A stretch of DNA of 64,000 bases from Marispirochaeta sp. (GTDB lineage: Bacteria > Spirochaetota > Spirochaetia > JC444 > Marispirochaetaceae). The notes beneath the pieces were generated by a model that saw only the letters and a list, made by a program, of their open reading frames with translations, did no database searches and was not told the DNA's origin. This document shows, piece by piece, positions 20,958-30,733 of this stretch. The first letter of the stretch is position 1; the number at the start of each line of letters is the position of its first letter. The stretch is taken from contig CAXXFF010000002.1 of assembly GCA_963676835.2 (NCBI GenBank), forward strand, positions 768,001-832,000. Reading direction: 5' to 3'. A program made the translations under genes and the position numbers.

Positions 20958-23900
20958 TTAATTCAGAGATTCCGGGCTGTCCAGTAGCTGAAAGATATTT
21001 TCTATACTCTCCCGGCTGAAATCAGCTGTGGATTCTCTGGCAATATTGTCCCTGAGATAGATCAGATATGTTTTAACCGGCTTGCCGTGTATTGCGGTCA
21101 GTGCTTTGCGGTAAAGATACATCTGCATATCATATTCCCCGGGTGTAACAGCTCGATTTGTCTTGAAATCCAGACAGATAATTTTGTCATCGAGAAGACA
21201 ATAAAGATCAATAATGCCGTCCACTGCACGTATTGCAGAACCGGTTTTCAGTCCCAGGGTGAAGGGCTTTTCCGCATACACCTGAGTCCCATCAGGAATC
21301 AGGGCCTTCCTCTCTGGTGATTCCCAGAAGTCAGCGGCTATTGATCCGGCCATGTGGGAAATTCGCTGCTGATTCTCACTGCTGTGTTCGGGAAAAAGAT
21401 TCGGCAGAGCAGATGGATCTTCCCCGAGAGTCAACAGCTCCAGGGCTCTATGCACCATGGTGCCGAAACGTTCTGCACCTTCCTGTATAAGATTGTCTAC
21501 TGCCAGTTTGGGCAGGGATATACTCTCCTTATGGTCCAGACTCTGGGCTGCCGCAGCATTGAGCCTGGTGGCGCTGACGGCATCCTTCCCGGAAGGCATG
21601 GCAAAATCCTCCGTCCCCAGAAAGCCGAGATAATTGCCTGCAGTCCTGTTTCGTTTCCTGCTTCCCCGCTTTTTCAGCATTGACAGGGTTGCAGGAGTAA
21701 AAGGCACAATTCGGGGAGAATCCTCCGTCCCCAGTCCTTTGCGTATCAGATCCAGCAGGCTTGGAATCTTGCCTTTTTTCCCCGGTTCATAGCCAAGCAT
21801 AATCAGGTGCTGTTCGGCTCGGGTAAAGGCCACATAGAGCAGACGTTTCAGTTCCGCCGTTTCCTGCAGGTCCGCGGCGGCTCTGCTCTTTTCGTAGAAG
21901 GGGTTTTTTCTGCTCTTTTTTCCTTGTTCATCTGTCCTGCTCAGATTGATGGTCAAGCCGAACTCACTGTCGATGTAGTAGGGCGCGCGGCCGTCCATGT
22001 TGGTGCTCCCCTGACCGGTTGAACCGGTGAGGACAATGGGAAACTCCAGCCCTTTGGATTTATGGATGGTCATGATGCGGATGCCGCCGCCGCCGGAACT
22101 GAGGGTTTCTATTTCATCGAGTTTTTTATATTCCCCCATGTTGTCCCGCAGGAAATCGATAAAAACCGCTGCGGATTCTCCTCTATTCCAGCTGGCATCA
22201 GCCAGGGTGACCAGGTAGTCATAAAACTCCAGATACCCATGGTAGGCGGGATTTTTCAGCAGGTTATAGCGGTATCCGCAGTCGAACCAGAGGTAGCGCA
22301 GCAGCTGACGGTGAGGAACAGTGTCCATCATGTCCTGAAGGGTCCGATAAATTTCCCGGCCACTACAGTATTTTTTATATTCATCTCCGGGAAGATCGAG
22401 TTCTGTTAAACTGAAAAGCCCCCTGTTTTCCAGCAGATCCTTCAGCAGATATTCATCTTCAAGATTGACAAAGAAGGAGCGGAGAAATACGGCGTAGGCT
22501 GTTCTGTCCTCGGGGTAGAGGGCCAGCTGCAGGGCGGCGTAGATATCATTGGCCGGAGCTTCGTAAAAGAGCGTGCGGATATTTTCCGTTGTGTAGGGGA
22601 TTTCAAAGCGCCGAAAGATCCGCTCATAAATAATCTGGTTACCCGTAGTTCTCAGAAGCAGGGCAAAATCGTCATAAGCTGGAGGGCGGATGGTTCCGTC
22701 CCGGTCGCAGATGTTCAAGCCTCTGCCGGCAACAGCTTCAGTAATAATGCGGGCGGCTTCATATGCTTCCGATTCAGCAGCCTGGAGTTCATCCTCTTCC
22801 GGGATTTCTGAAGCTTCAAGAATATGCAGCCGAATCTCCGGTTCCGGAACCCCGGGCTGCTTCTCCCGGCCTTTGAGCGGGCGGAACTCGGCTTCAAAGT
22901 CATTGCTTTCACCGCCCTCTTCCGGGGTAAACACTGCAGGGAAGAAGCTGTTGAAAAAGTCGATTAACAGAGGATTACTGCGGTAGTTTGTGGCAAGTTC
23001 CACCGGGGTATTGCCCAGGTCTGCTGCAAGCTGCTTGAACACCCGTACATCCGCGCCCCGGAAGCGGTAGATGGACTGTTTCTCGTCGCCTACGAAAAAA
23101 AGCTTGCCCGGGTCCAGTTCGGAAGGTGCAGGAATCCCTTCTTTAAGGCGATCAGATTTTTCTGCCAGCAGATAGAGCAGCTCTTTCTGTTCTTCGTTGT
23201 TATCCTGAAACTCATCGATCATTATGTAGCGGAACTGCTCTTTATAGAATTTCCTCAGTTCAAGGTTCTCCCGCAGCAGGGTTACCGCCATGGCGACAAC
23301 ATCCGAGAAGGAGACCATTCCCTGCTGGCGCTTGATGCTCAGCCATCCAGTGGCGAATGTGTCCAACAGTTCCATTACCCCGGCGAAAAGCTCCTTTTGC
23401 ATAAGCATTACAAGGTAGCCCTGTGCTTTTTCCGCCAGGGGAGTAAGTTGTTCGTGAATATCCTTTAAAAGAATAAGGTCGGGATTGGTACTGTCTGATC
23501 GCGGTTTCCGGTAGGGGGCGCTTTGGGTAAGGCTGTTCAGTGCCTCCCAGCTTTCCTCCTCAATCAGTTCTTCCGTATCGGGCCAGCCATCCGCGGCAGC
23601 GGCAGCCTTATCCAGGGTTGCGGATTTCTTTGCAGCCCCTGCAGCGATGCGTCCCATCTGCTGGTAAAGACCGTCGAGCTGTGTAAAAAGTGTTCTTATT
23701 TCATTTAGGCAGTGCCGCTGCTGTTTTTCAAACGCCCCGGCATGATCCGGCACGCCGGTAATCAGCAGGTGATACTCTGCGTAGGCGGCAAAAAGATTCT
23801 TCCACACACTGTCAAATCCATTAGCCTGGATAAGCTGGTGGAGGGCGCTGTTGCCGTTATGGCGCAGTATAAAATCCAGAGCATAGCTTTCCGCGTTGCT

Positions 23901-24275
23901 TGAGAGCCGAGTCTGATCAATGGAAAAGGATGAGGGCAGACCGAACCTTACGGCGTCATTACGGGCAATCCTGGCACAGAAACTGTCCAGGGTGGAGATC
24001 TGGGCCTGATCGAAAAGGGGCAGCTGTTTTCTTACTGCCGGATTATCAGAATTTTCCACCAGCAGTTTGTGGATGCGGCTGTACATCTCCGCCGCAGCTT
24101 TTCTTGTAAAGGTCAGGGTCAGAATGGAGGGGATCTCCACACCTTCCTGAACCAGCGCAAGGTAGCGGCCGGCAAGCACCGTGGTTTTCCCCGAACCGGC
24201 TCCGGCGGCAACCACCGTGTTGGATCGTACATTAACAGCTGTTTTCTGATCATCATCAAAGGGAGGCTGGGGCAT
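20958..24275 (-). CDS. addA: AddA-like UvrD helicase/nuclease
   Basis: AGAGSGKT, LTFTRKAA, IDEFQD, VGDEKQSIYRFRGAD, NYRS, TIHKSKGLE, YVAFTRA, C-terminal GIIDL..DFKT. Confidence 0.9.
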   Translation of the reverse strand: MPQPPFDDDQKTAVNVRSNTVVAAGAGSGKTTVLAGRYLALVQEGVEIPSILTLTFTRKAAAEMYSRIHKLLVENSDNPAVRKQLPLFDQAQISTLDSFCARIARNDAVRFGLPSSFSIDQTRLSSNAESYALDFILRHNGNSALHQLIQANGFDSVWKNLFAAYAEYHLLITGVPDHAGAFEKQQRHCLNEIRTLFTQLDGLYQQMGRIAAGAAKKSATLDKAAAAADGWPDTEELIEEESWEALNSLTQSAPYRKPRSDSTNPDLILLKDIHEQLTPLAEKAQGYLVMLMQKELFAGVMELLDTFATGWLSIKRQQGMVSFSDVVAMAVTLLRENLELRKFYKEQFRYIMIDEFQDNNEEQKELLYLLAEKSDRLKEGIPAPSELDPGKLFFVGDEKQSIYRFRGADVRVFKQLAADLGNTPVELATNYRSNPLLIDFFNSFFPAVFTPEEGGESNDFEAEFRPLKGREKQPGVPEPEIRLHILEASEIPEEDELQAAESEAYEAARIITEAVAGRGLNICDRDGTIRPPAYDDFALLLRTTGNQIIYERIFRRFEIPYTTENIRTLFYEAPANDIYAALQLALYPEDRTAYAVFLRSFFVNLEDEYLLKDLLENRGLFSLTELDLPGDEYKKYCSGREIYRTLQDMMDTVPHRQLLRYLWFDCGYRYNLLKNPAYHGYLEFYDYLVTLADASWNRGESAAVFIDFLRDNMGEYKKLDEIETLSSGGGGIRIMTIHKSKGLEFPIVLTGSTGQGSTNMDGRAPYYIDSEFGLTINLSRTDEQGKKSRKNPFYEKSRAAADLQETAELKRLLYVAFTRAEQHLIMLGYEPGKKGKIPSLLDLIRKGLGTEDSPRIVPFTPATLSMLKKRGSRKRNRTAGNYLGFLGTEDFAMPSGKDAVSATRLNAAAAQSLDHKESISLPKLAVDNLIQEGAERFGTMVHRALELLTLGEDPSALPNLFPEHSSENQQRISHMAGSIAADFWESPERKALIPDGTQVYAEKPFTLGLKTGSAIRAVDGIIDLYCLLDDKIICLDFKTNRAVTPGEYDMQMYLYRKALTAIHGKPVKTYLIYLRDNIARESTADFSRESIENIFQLLDSPESLN

Positions 24276-26992
24276 CAGCGTTCTCCTCGGATTACATATT
24301 TACCCCGGCAGAGGCTGCGCAGACTGCAGGAGCCGCACTCATCGGGATTGCTGCGGTAGTCTCCCCGGTCCATTTTCTCTTTCATGGTTAGGATATAATG
24401 ACGGGTAAGGGCGGTCAATTCGGTAAATTCATCTTCGTTCAGGATGACCTTCTTTCTCGGCGGCAGAGGGAGGGGGACGGAGGAGCTGACCAGGGTGAAC
24501 TCCCCTTTCGCTGCGGAATAATAGGCAGTTATACAGTCATCTCCGCGGTTGCTGATACCGCAGGCATGGAGCAGCAGGGCATAAAAAGGTATCTGCATGC
24601 TTACCGGAGGAGCTCCCGGTGAGGGTTTCATGTCTCCTGCTTTGAGGTTGAGATTCTTTTTGTAGTCCACAATCAGAATTTCTCCTGCCGGCCCCCGGGA
24701 AACCCTGTCGACCCTTCCTCCTATGGCAATCCCCTCTATGGATGATTTCAGCTTCTTTTCCGTCTCCATTGTTCTGAAGCCGTCGAAGAGCGCTGCCTCT
24801 GCAGCCGGATACAGAAGGAGCTGCTGGAGCATCTGATCAAGGCTGGCCTGCCATGCCGGTTTGATCGGCAGTGGGCGCAGGGAGAGCTTTTCTGCGGCAT
24901 CTGAGAAAATCTGTGCAATTCGTTTGCTGTATTCTTCAATTTCAGCCGAGAGGAACGGTTTTCCTCCCAGGGAATCGCTGAAAGCTTCCAGCACGGTGTG
25001 CAGAAAGATTCCCTCCAGCCGGTGATCCCGTACCATGGGCGTGTATTCTTCCCTGTTCAGTCCAAGGATGCGCTGAAACAGAAAAGCGAAGGGGCAGCTG
25101 TAGAATCCATCCAGGTCCGTGGGGCTCAGGCTTCCTCCGTCCCCGGTATCGCTGAACTGCTGTATAAGTCCCTCAGTCAGGCCTGCATGAGAAACAGTGG
25201 AATCAAGCAGATCCATATTCCTCAGGCGGCCGCCGGTATCCCGGAAGCGGGTATACCCCTGTCTGCGCCATCCGGCGGGCGGGTACTCCGGTTCCGCTGC
25301 TTCCGTTTCTGCAAACCAGGCGCGTTCTTCCTGTTCGGGGTCTGCTGCAGGCCATTCTGTGTCTGCATTATGTATTCTTCCGGACTCGACAAAGTAGCCG
25401 GGTGCAAGTCCCGGGCCGGCGAATCCCCGGGCAGCACAGCTTATAATGGTCTCTTTTCCCGATTCGGCATACAGCTTCAGATAGGCAGAACTTACATCCT
25501 CATCCTTGATTCCGCACTCAAGTCTCTGTGCCTCATTCAGGGGAAATCCCCTGTCCCAGCTGACCCGGCTCGAATCCTGGGTAAGAAAGGGTATAAAGTG
25601 GAAGGCCGGAGCAATTCCTGCTGTGGCCCGGTAGGGGTAGACCGATATCCCCCGCACCGGCTGCTGCTCAACATAGGCTGCATCTTCAAGGCTCTGCAGC
25701 CAGATCTGAAAAGGTCGGGCCGGGATAAGTTCCGGATATACTTCAGCAGTTTCGGCAAAATCATTCAGTTCTTCCAGGGCCCGCTGAAAGGCTTTCAGCT
25801 GATTAGGTGCCCGTTTCAGCCAAAGGTCGGTATCGAGGAAAGTGGCTGTAAAGGCCTGTATGGCTTTGGCTGTTTCGCCGAAGTCCGGCGCTGAAAGGAT
25901 TCTCCGGAAGCTTCCTTCCAGACGAAGGTAGAGATCCAGGGAAGCTTTTTTCTCCCCGCTTTTCAGTGCTTCTGCCCATCCGTGGCTGCGGCCTTTCTCT
26001 CTCCAGTTTCTTAAAACATAACAATCCACTCCGTCCTGTATCAGTTGCCGGAGTTCCTGTTCCTTCTTCCAGGGAATTCCCCGGTTAAGGAGAAGATTTT
26101 TCATGGATTCCATGGAAAAGGAGCCGGAAAGGGCTTCAGATATCAGCTGAAAAAGCCGCACGGATGCATATTCATTCAACTTTTTTCCGGAATGAAAACG
26201 CAGGGGTATCCCGTAATGGTGGGCATACTCATCAAGTACAGGTCTGTTTTTTTCCAGCTCCGGACAGGTGACAATTATCTCATCCGGGGAGGTTCCCTGT
26301 GAGAGAAGGCTTCTGATGCGGGCAAAGAGGGCCGAGGCTTCTTCCCGCTGTGTTGCGTACATGACAATCCGGGGACCCGTACTGTCCGGCTTTAATAATT
26401 CTTCCCCGGCTGAGATTACCCGGATATTCCGGTGTTTCTTGAGCATCTCCCGGTACTGGGGATAATCCTCGAGGAGCTCCGGAAAGCAGAGAACATAGGT
26501 CTCCTGTATTTCCCCGGGAGAAGGGCTGAGCATGGAGGGTTCATACAGGTCCTTCTCATTGAGAAAATCCCCGTACCGTTCTGCAAGGGATCGGATGTCC
26601 GCTGCCAGAGGCCATGGTCTTGTCTGCACTTCGGGAAGAAGGCTGTGAAGTCTTGGAAGGATGCGGACGAGCTCATTCACCGATCCTGCAGGGCTTTCTC
26701 CGTCTACCGGTAGAAGGTGAACCAGGAACGGTTTTTTCTGCTGCTCCCGGGCAGTCTTAACCGCAAAGAGCCTGCGGACCTTTCCGTTGACCGGTTTCCG
26801 GCTCTCCCTCAGCCCGAAGGCCTGTTCCTTGAAGCGGTCCCAGGAGATAAATCTCTCTCCGGAAACTGCTTCGGCGTATCCTCCGTTTACAGCGGTATGA
26901 CGCCAGAAGCGTGCGCTGATTTCAGAAGGAAATACCAGATGTACCGAGGTGTCACCCAGAAGGGCGGTAAGGGATGTAAATCTTTCCTGCAT
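24275..26992 (-). CDS. addB: AddB-like PD-(D/E)XK nuclease subunit; start uncertain
   Basis: SPT..YSCPF, GRVDRV..VDYK, QIPFY, CGSCSLRSLC Fe-S staple; TGATG coupling to addA. Confidence 0.8.
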   Translation of the reverse strand: MQERFTSLTALLGDTSVHLVFPSEISARFWRHTAVNGGYAEAVSGERFISWDRFKEQAFGLRESRKPVNGKVRRLFAVKTAREQQKKPFLVHLLPVDGESPAGSVNELVRILPRLHSLLPEVQTRPWPLAADIRSLAERYGDFLNEKDLYEPSMLSPSPGEIQETYVLCFPELLEDYPQYREMLKKHRNIRVISAGEELLKPDSTGPRIVMYATQREEASALFARIRSLLSQGTSPDEIIVTCPELEKNRPVLDEYAHHYGIPLRFHSGKKLNEYASVRLFQLISEALSGSFSMESMKNLLLNRGIPWKKEQELRQLIQDGVDCYVLRNWREKGRSHGWAEALKSGEKKASLDLYLRLEGSFRRILSAPDFGETAKAIQAFTATFLDTDLWLKRAPNQLKAFQRALEELNDFAETAEVYPELIPARPFQIWLQSLEDAAYVEQQPVRGISVYPYRATAGIAPAFHFIPFLTQDSSRVSWDRGFPLNEAQRLECGIKDEDVSSAYLKLYAESGKETIISCAARGFAGPGLAPGYFVESGRIHNADTEWPAADPEQEERAWFAETEAAEPEYPPAGWRRQGYTRFRDTGGRLRNMDLLDSTVSHAGLTEGLIQQFSDTGDGGSLSPTDLDGFYSCPFAFLFQRILGLNREEYTPMVRDHRLEGIFLHTVLEAFSDSLGGKPFLSAEIEEYSKRIAQIFSDAAEKLSLRPLPIKPAWQASLDQMLQQLLLYPAAEAALFDGFRTMETEKKLKSSIEGIAIGGRVDRVSRGPAGEILIVDYKKNLNLKAGDMKPSPGAPPVSMQIPFYALLLHACGISNRGDDCITAYYSAAKGEFTLVSSSVPLPLPPRKKVILNEDEFTELTALTRHYILTMKEKMDRGDYRSNPDECGSCSLRSLCRGKYVIRGER

Positions 26993-27045
26993 GACTTCTG
27001 CCTGTATACCATTGATACCGGCAGGTGGCAAGGCTGAAAAATATT

Positions 27046-28587
27046 TCAGCGCCTGAGGTAGGAGAGCTCCGTGGGAAGCATGATGTTGTTGCCGTAGTTG
27101 TCTTCACCGTAGCCGTTTTCAGCCAGAAGCTTGATATCCGCCAGTACCCGGGTGTCTCCCCGGAAGTCCACGGTTATGCCGGTGCGGATATCGATCCTGC
27201 CCATGGCCAGAGAGTGGGCAATACCCCGGGTGGCAAACTCCGCCAGGGTTTCTCCCTCAATATAGCTGATATCGTCAAAGGTAAAATCCGGCTCATACAG
27301 TACTATCTGGTGGTTCTCCAGCAGTTTGAGCATAAGCCGTCTCAGGGCCTTCTTCATTACCCCTTCATCTTGGGGAATGCTGCCCATGGTTTCCGCCAGT
27401 TCGCAGACAATCACCGCCAGGGTCTTGCGCTTGGTGGCGTTGATAAACTCGTTTACCCTGAAAAGTTCCAGCGGACTTGCGGCATTGAAGCGCTGTCCGC
27501 TCAGTTCCAGGGAAACATCACTGCCGTAATGGGTAACAATCTTCGCCACCAGGGTGGAAGGCCGTACATGGAATCCCCGGTACTGGGGTACCGCAACGGT
27601 TATGATACCTTCTTCCGCATAGGCGTGAATAATATTTCTGCAGTGTTCCCGGGCGGCGTCAAAGAATCGGGAGGAGAAGGCAAGGATATAATCGATAAGA
27701 ATCTCCAGCAGGTTCTCTTCATCGATAACCTCTGCTTTCTGGTCCTTCATATGCCGTTCGTAGTAGTGGCTCAGGATGGTTCCTGTTTCCAGCAGATGAA
27801 ATATGGTGCTGGCATGTCCTCTCAGAACGGGAAGTGCAGCATCTGCCTTTTCAGCATCCGTATCCAGCAGATAGGTGTCGTAGGTAGACTGCACGCTGTG
27901 CAGGGCGTGCTCCATGTTGCGGATTCTGGCTTCACTCACCGGCTCAGGGATATAATCCAGATAACTGGTGCCCGACTTGCGTCCACGGATGGAAAAAAGC
28001 TCGGTATCTTCGGACAGGTTCAGGAAGGTTGTCGCAAGATTAACTATGGTGGGACCCGGGCTCTCCATATGTTTAAGGGGCCGGTCCTGGTCCAGAGATC
28101 CCTCCGGAAGGGATTCGAGAAAATCCTGACTAACCTGTCCTGCATACATCCCGTGTCTCTCGGCTTCTTCCAGCAGTATATGCATGGAGTTCTTCAGGGC
28201 CCGGGTGCAGAGTTCCTGAACCCGTTCGGTTGCCTCAAGAAAATCTTCCTTTACTGAAATAATCTTGTAGCAGGGAAATGATGCATGAATATGGTAGACA
28301 TTATGTACAATCTGGGAAAAGGCTTTTACCGCGGCAATAGAGCGCCGGAAGCCGAACCATGACTGGTTGTGACGGGCGCCGTATACATCGAGGAGTTCTT
28401 CGACTATCCGGCTTTCGAGGTTCAGTCTTCCCAGGAAAGGCCGGGTATATTTAATGCCCTGATTCCTTAGCTCTGTCTCTTTCAGAAGAGTTATGAGGGT
28501 TTGTGCTCTGCCGGAAATGAGTGAAAAAAATGCGTCTGTGCCGACCGTGGAGTCCCTGCGGACTAACTTCATGGAACAAAGCTCCAT
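27046..28587 (-). CDS. Large protein with embedded HPr-like phosphocarrier domain
   Basis: RGFHVRPSTLVAKIVTHYGSDV..FNAASPLEL resembles the HPr His15 and Ser46 regions. Confidence 0.75.
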   Translation of the reverse strand: MELCSMKLVRRDSTVGTDAFFSLISGRAQTLITLLKETELRNQGIKYTRPFLGRLNLESRIVEELLDVYGARHNQSWFGFRRSIAAVKAFSQIVHNVYHIHASFPCYKIISVKEDFLEATERVQELCTRALKNSMHILLEEAERHGMYAGQVSQDFLESLPEGSLDQDRPLKHMESPGPTIVNLATTFLNLSEDTELFSIRGRKSGTSYLDYIPEPVSEARIRNMEHALHSVQSTYDTYLLDTDAEKADAALPVLRGHASTIFHLLETGTILSHYYERHMKDQKAEVIDEENLLEILIDYILAFSSRFFDAAREHCRNIIHAYAEEGIITVAVPQYRGFHVRPSTLVAKIVTHYGSDVSLELSGQRFNAASPLELFRVNEFINATKRKTLAVIVCELAETMGSIPQDEGVMKKALRRLMLKLLENHQIVLYEPDFTFDDISYIEGETLAEFATRGIAHSLAMGRIDIRTGITVDFRGDTRVLADIKLLAENGYGEDNYGNNIMLPTELSYLRR

Positions 28588-28821
28588 TTCAGAACCCTTT
28601 TCATCAATACCTGATCTCCCGGTTCTCTTGAGTATTCAGAGAACCTTCAGGTTTAATATATTGAATATATAACTCTTTATATCCGCATACAATAGTGCAG
28701 CAGAAATAATTAACGACTAAACAGATCATTTTTTTGCTGCCGGCCACAGGCTACCATTGAGTGGACGATTATTCAAGCACAGGGGCCTTGACTGGAGGCT
28801 CTGCAGAGTTTTTAATAAACT

Positions 28822-29742
28822 GTGCAAATTAAAAAGAGTCTCATCCGAACATGTGTAAAATCCCTTGTCGAGTCCATGGATCTGCGTTCCATGGTCCATA
28901 TTGCCAAGGATCTTATCCCCGGTTACGACCTCCATCAGCGGGCAGGTATCCGGGAAAGTATTGCCATTCCTGTTCTGGATGCCGCCAGCCGTATTCTTGA
29001 TGACATTATCGAAGCAGATCTTTTTCTGGAGTTTGTCACCTACCTTATTCGTTACGAAGAGGAAGGTGTTATGGGGCGTACTATAACAGTCTCCTATCTC
29101 AGGGAGATTATCAGGGAGATCTATTCCCAGGGCTATCTTTTCGATAAGGAACAGCGGCTCTTTATTGAGGATTCCCGGTTCAGAAAAAGCCGCAACTGGG
29201 GAGTAATGAAGCCCACAGTGGATTATACCGTCTGCTTTCTGCGGGTGGATATCGTCGGCAATACCCGGCTGGTAAAGGATAACTCAAAGGAAGAGGTTAA
29301 ATCCGCCTACGGTTTTCTGCGGTCCACCGTGCAGAATTGCACAGAACGGAGAAACGGCCGGATCTGGCTCTGGGAAGGAGATGGAGGTATTGCCGCCTTT
29401 TTTTTCGGAAACAGAAACCAGGCCGCAGCGCTTACGGGAATCGAGATTCTCCATGAGCTCTTTCTCTACAATAAAATGCATTGCCCCCTGTCGTCGGATC
29501 TCAGGGTGCGTATAGGGGTGCATTCCGGTCCCTGTGAGTATACCGAGGAAAACGCGACTCTTGTAAAATCGGAAACGGTTCTGAAGCTTCTGGAAGTGGA
29601 AAAAAACTATTCAAAACCAAACCACTGCACCATAAGCGTTACGGTCCGGGAGATGCTTGATCATCTTGTGAGCTCCCAGTTCAAGCCCATGGCAGGATGC
29701 GATAAATCCTGTTTCAGTTATTCCCTGGAGTTCGGTGAATGA
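28822..29742 (+). CDS. Class III nucleotidyl cyclase-like domain protein
   Basis: FLRVDIVGNT, WEGDGGIAAF, LRVRIGVHSG. Confidence 0.75.
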   Translation: MQIKKSLIRTCVKSLVESMDLRSMVHIAKDLIPGYDLHQRAGIRESIAIPVLDAASRILDDIIEADLFLEFVTYLIRYEEEGVMGRTITVSYLREIIREIYSQGYLFDKEQRLFIEDSRFRKSRNWGVMKPTVDYTVCFLRVDIVGNTRLVKDNSKEEVKSAYGFLRSTVQNCTERRNGRIWLWEGDGGIAAFFFGNRNQAAALTGIEILHELFLYNKMHCPLSSDLRVRIGVHSGPCEYTEENATLVKSETVLKLLEVEKNYSKPNHCTISVTVREMLDHLVSSQFKPMAGCDKSCFSYSLEFGE

Positions 29743-30692
29743 AGCGTATAATAATAGTCTCAGACACACCGGAGAAACTTGTCTGTTTCAGCACTGCCAA
29801 ACGGTCAAAGTCTGTTGAGATAGATTTCAGTGATTCCTGCGACTGGAGCAGTCTGCTTGAGCGGCGGGGAATTATGCTCTATCTGGACCTCTCATCCTTC
29901 AGCAAAAGGGAAGCCCGGCGGGTGGTGAATATCCTGGAAGGGCAGGAAGGATTAAGTTACGGTATTATTGATCCGGAAGGATTTATCCCCGATCCCGCCG
30001 ATCTTTTTCATGGCGGAGCTTCAGACTATATCGGCCCTGCTCTGTTCGGTGGAAAACTGACTCTGAATCGTGTTCTTCAGGGTATGGATTTCTATCCAGG
30101 CGGAGAGGATGACGATGCCCCTGAGGTTTACGATGATGCATTAAGCTGGGATGATATTGAGGAAGGCGGGGAGTATCCGTTCTTCTTTCTCTATGCCGAG
30201 CTGGATATTCTTCCCGAATGGAAGGCAGAGTCAGCCAGCAGTATGATCTCAGGTCTGCTGCACACCTTTGAATCCCATCTGAACAGGGTTTTCGCACCCC
30301 TTGGGGGAAGACTGTGGATGAAGAGTGATTACGGCGGGCTCTATCTCTTTCCCTATTCCTCAGGGCAAAGCGGGATTATTTCCGCCTGCCTGCAGCTTAT
30401 CCTCAACAAGGTGCTTACTAGTACGGAAATATTCTCCTACGGGACCCTGCTTCCCTATCATTTTGCCCTTGATAAGGGGCACACGGTGTACCGCAAAAAA
30501 GGGGAGACCGGAACCCTGATTTCCGATGCGGTAAATTTTATCTTTCATCTGGGACAGCAATATACAACTGAAGGTAACTTCATTCTCAGCAGCAGAATGG
30601 CGGAGCATATTCCCCGGGGACTGGAGGACTGTTTTACCGAAAACGGTGAGTTTGCAGACCAGCCGCTCTTGCGGATGAAACTGCCGAAGTAG
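29739..30692 (+). CDS. Hypothetical protein with receiver-like N-terminus and degenerate cyclase-like C-terminus
   Basis: ATGA overlap with the upstream gene; GASDYI, GGRLWM..GGLYLF, FALDKG, ISDAVNFIFHL. Confidence 0.55.
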   Translation: MKRIIIVSDTPEKLVCFSTAKRSKSVEIDFSDSCDWSSLLERRGIMLYLDLSSFSKREARRVVNILEGQEGLSYGIIDPEGFIPDPADLFHGGASDYIGPALFGGKLTLNRVLQGMDFYPGGEDDDAPEVYDDALSWDDIEEGGEYPFFFLYAELDILPEWKAESASSMISGLLHTFESHLNRVFAPLGGRLWMKSDYGGLYLFPYSSGQSGIISACLQLILNKVLTSTEIFSYGTLLPYHFALDKGHTVYRKKGETGTLISDAVNFIFHLGQQYTTEGNFILSSRMAEHIPRGLEDCFTENGEFADQPLLRMKLPK

Positions 30693-30733
30693 TTGACATG
30701 AGATCTGTGTATCGGTATGCTGACGGAACCTTT

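Noticed and set aside
4355..25143. GGGACGGAGG as a Chi site, DNA-uptake sequence or Shine-Dalgarno
   Set aside because: Those would be spread across the window or tied to start codons. The copies are confined near the nuclease and are mostly not upstream of starts. A genome-wide count is still needed.
20958..26992. Helicase-nuclease pair as a novel defence system
   Set aside because: Architecture, gene order and Fe-S staple fit ordinary AddAB
27025..28257. 410-aa plus-strand ORF and other long antisense ORFs (e.g. 54247-55209, 54839-55792, 24998-25894)
   Set aside because: Shadows of well-supported opposite-strand genes, with no motifs of their own
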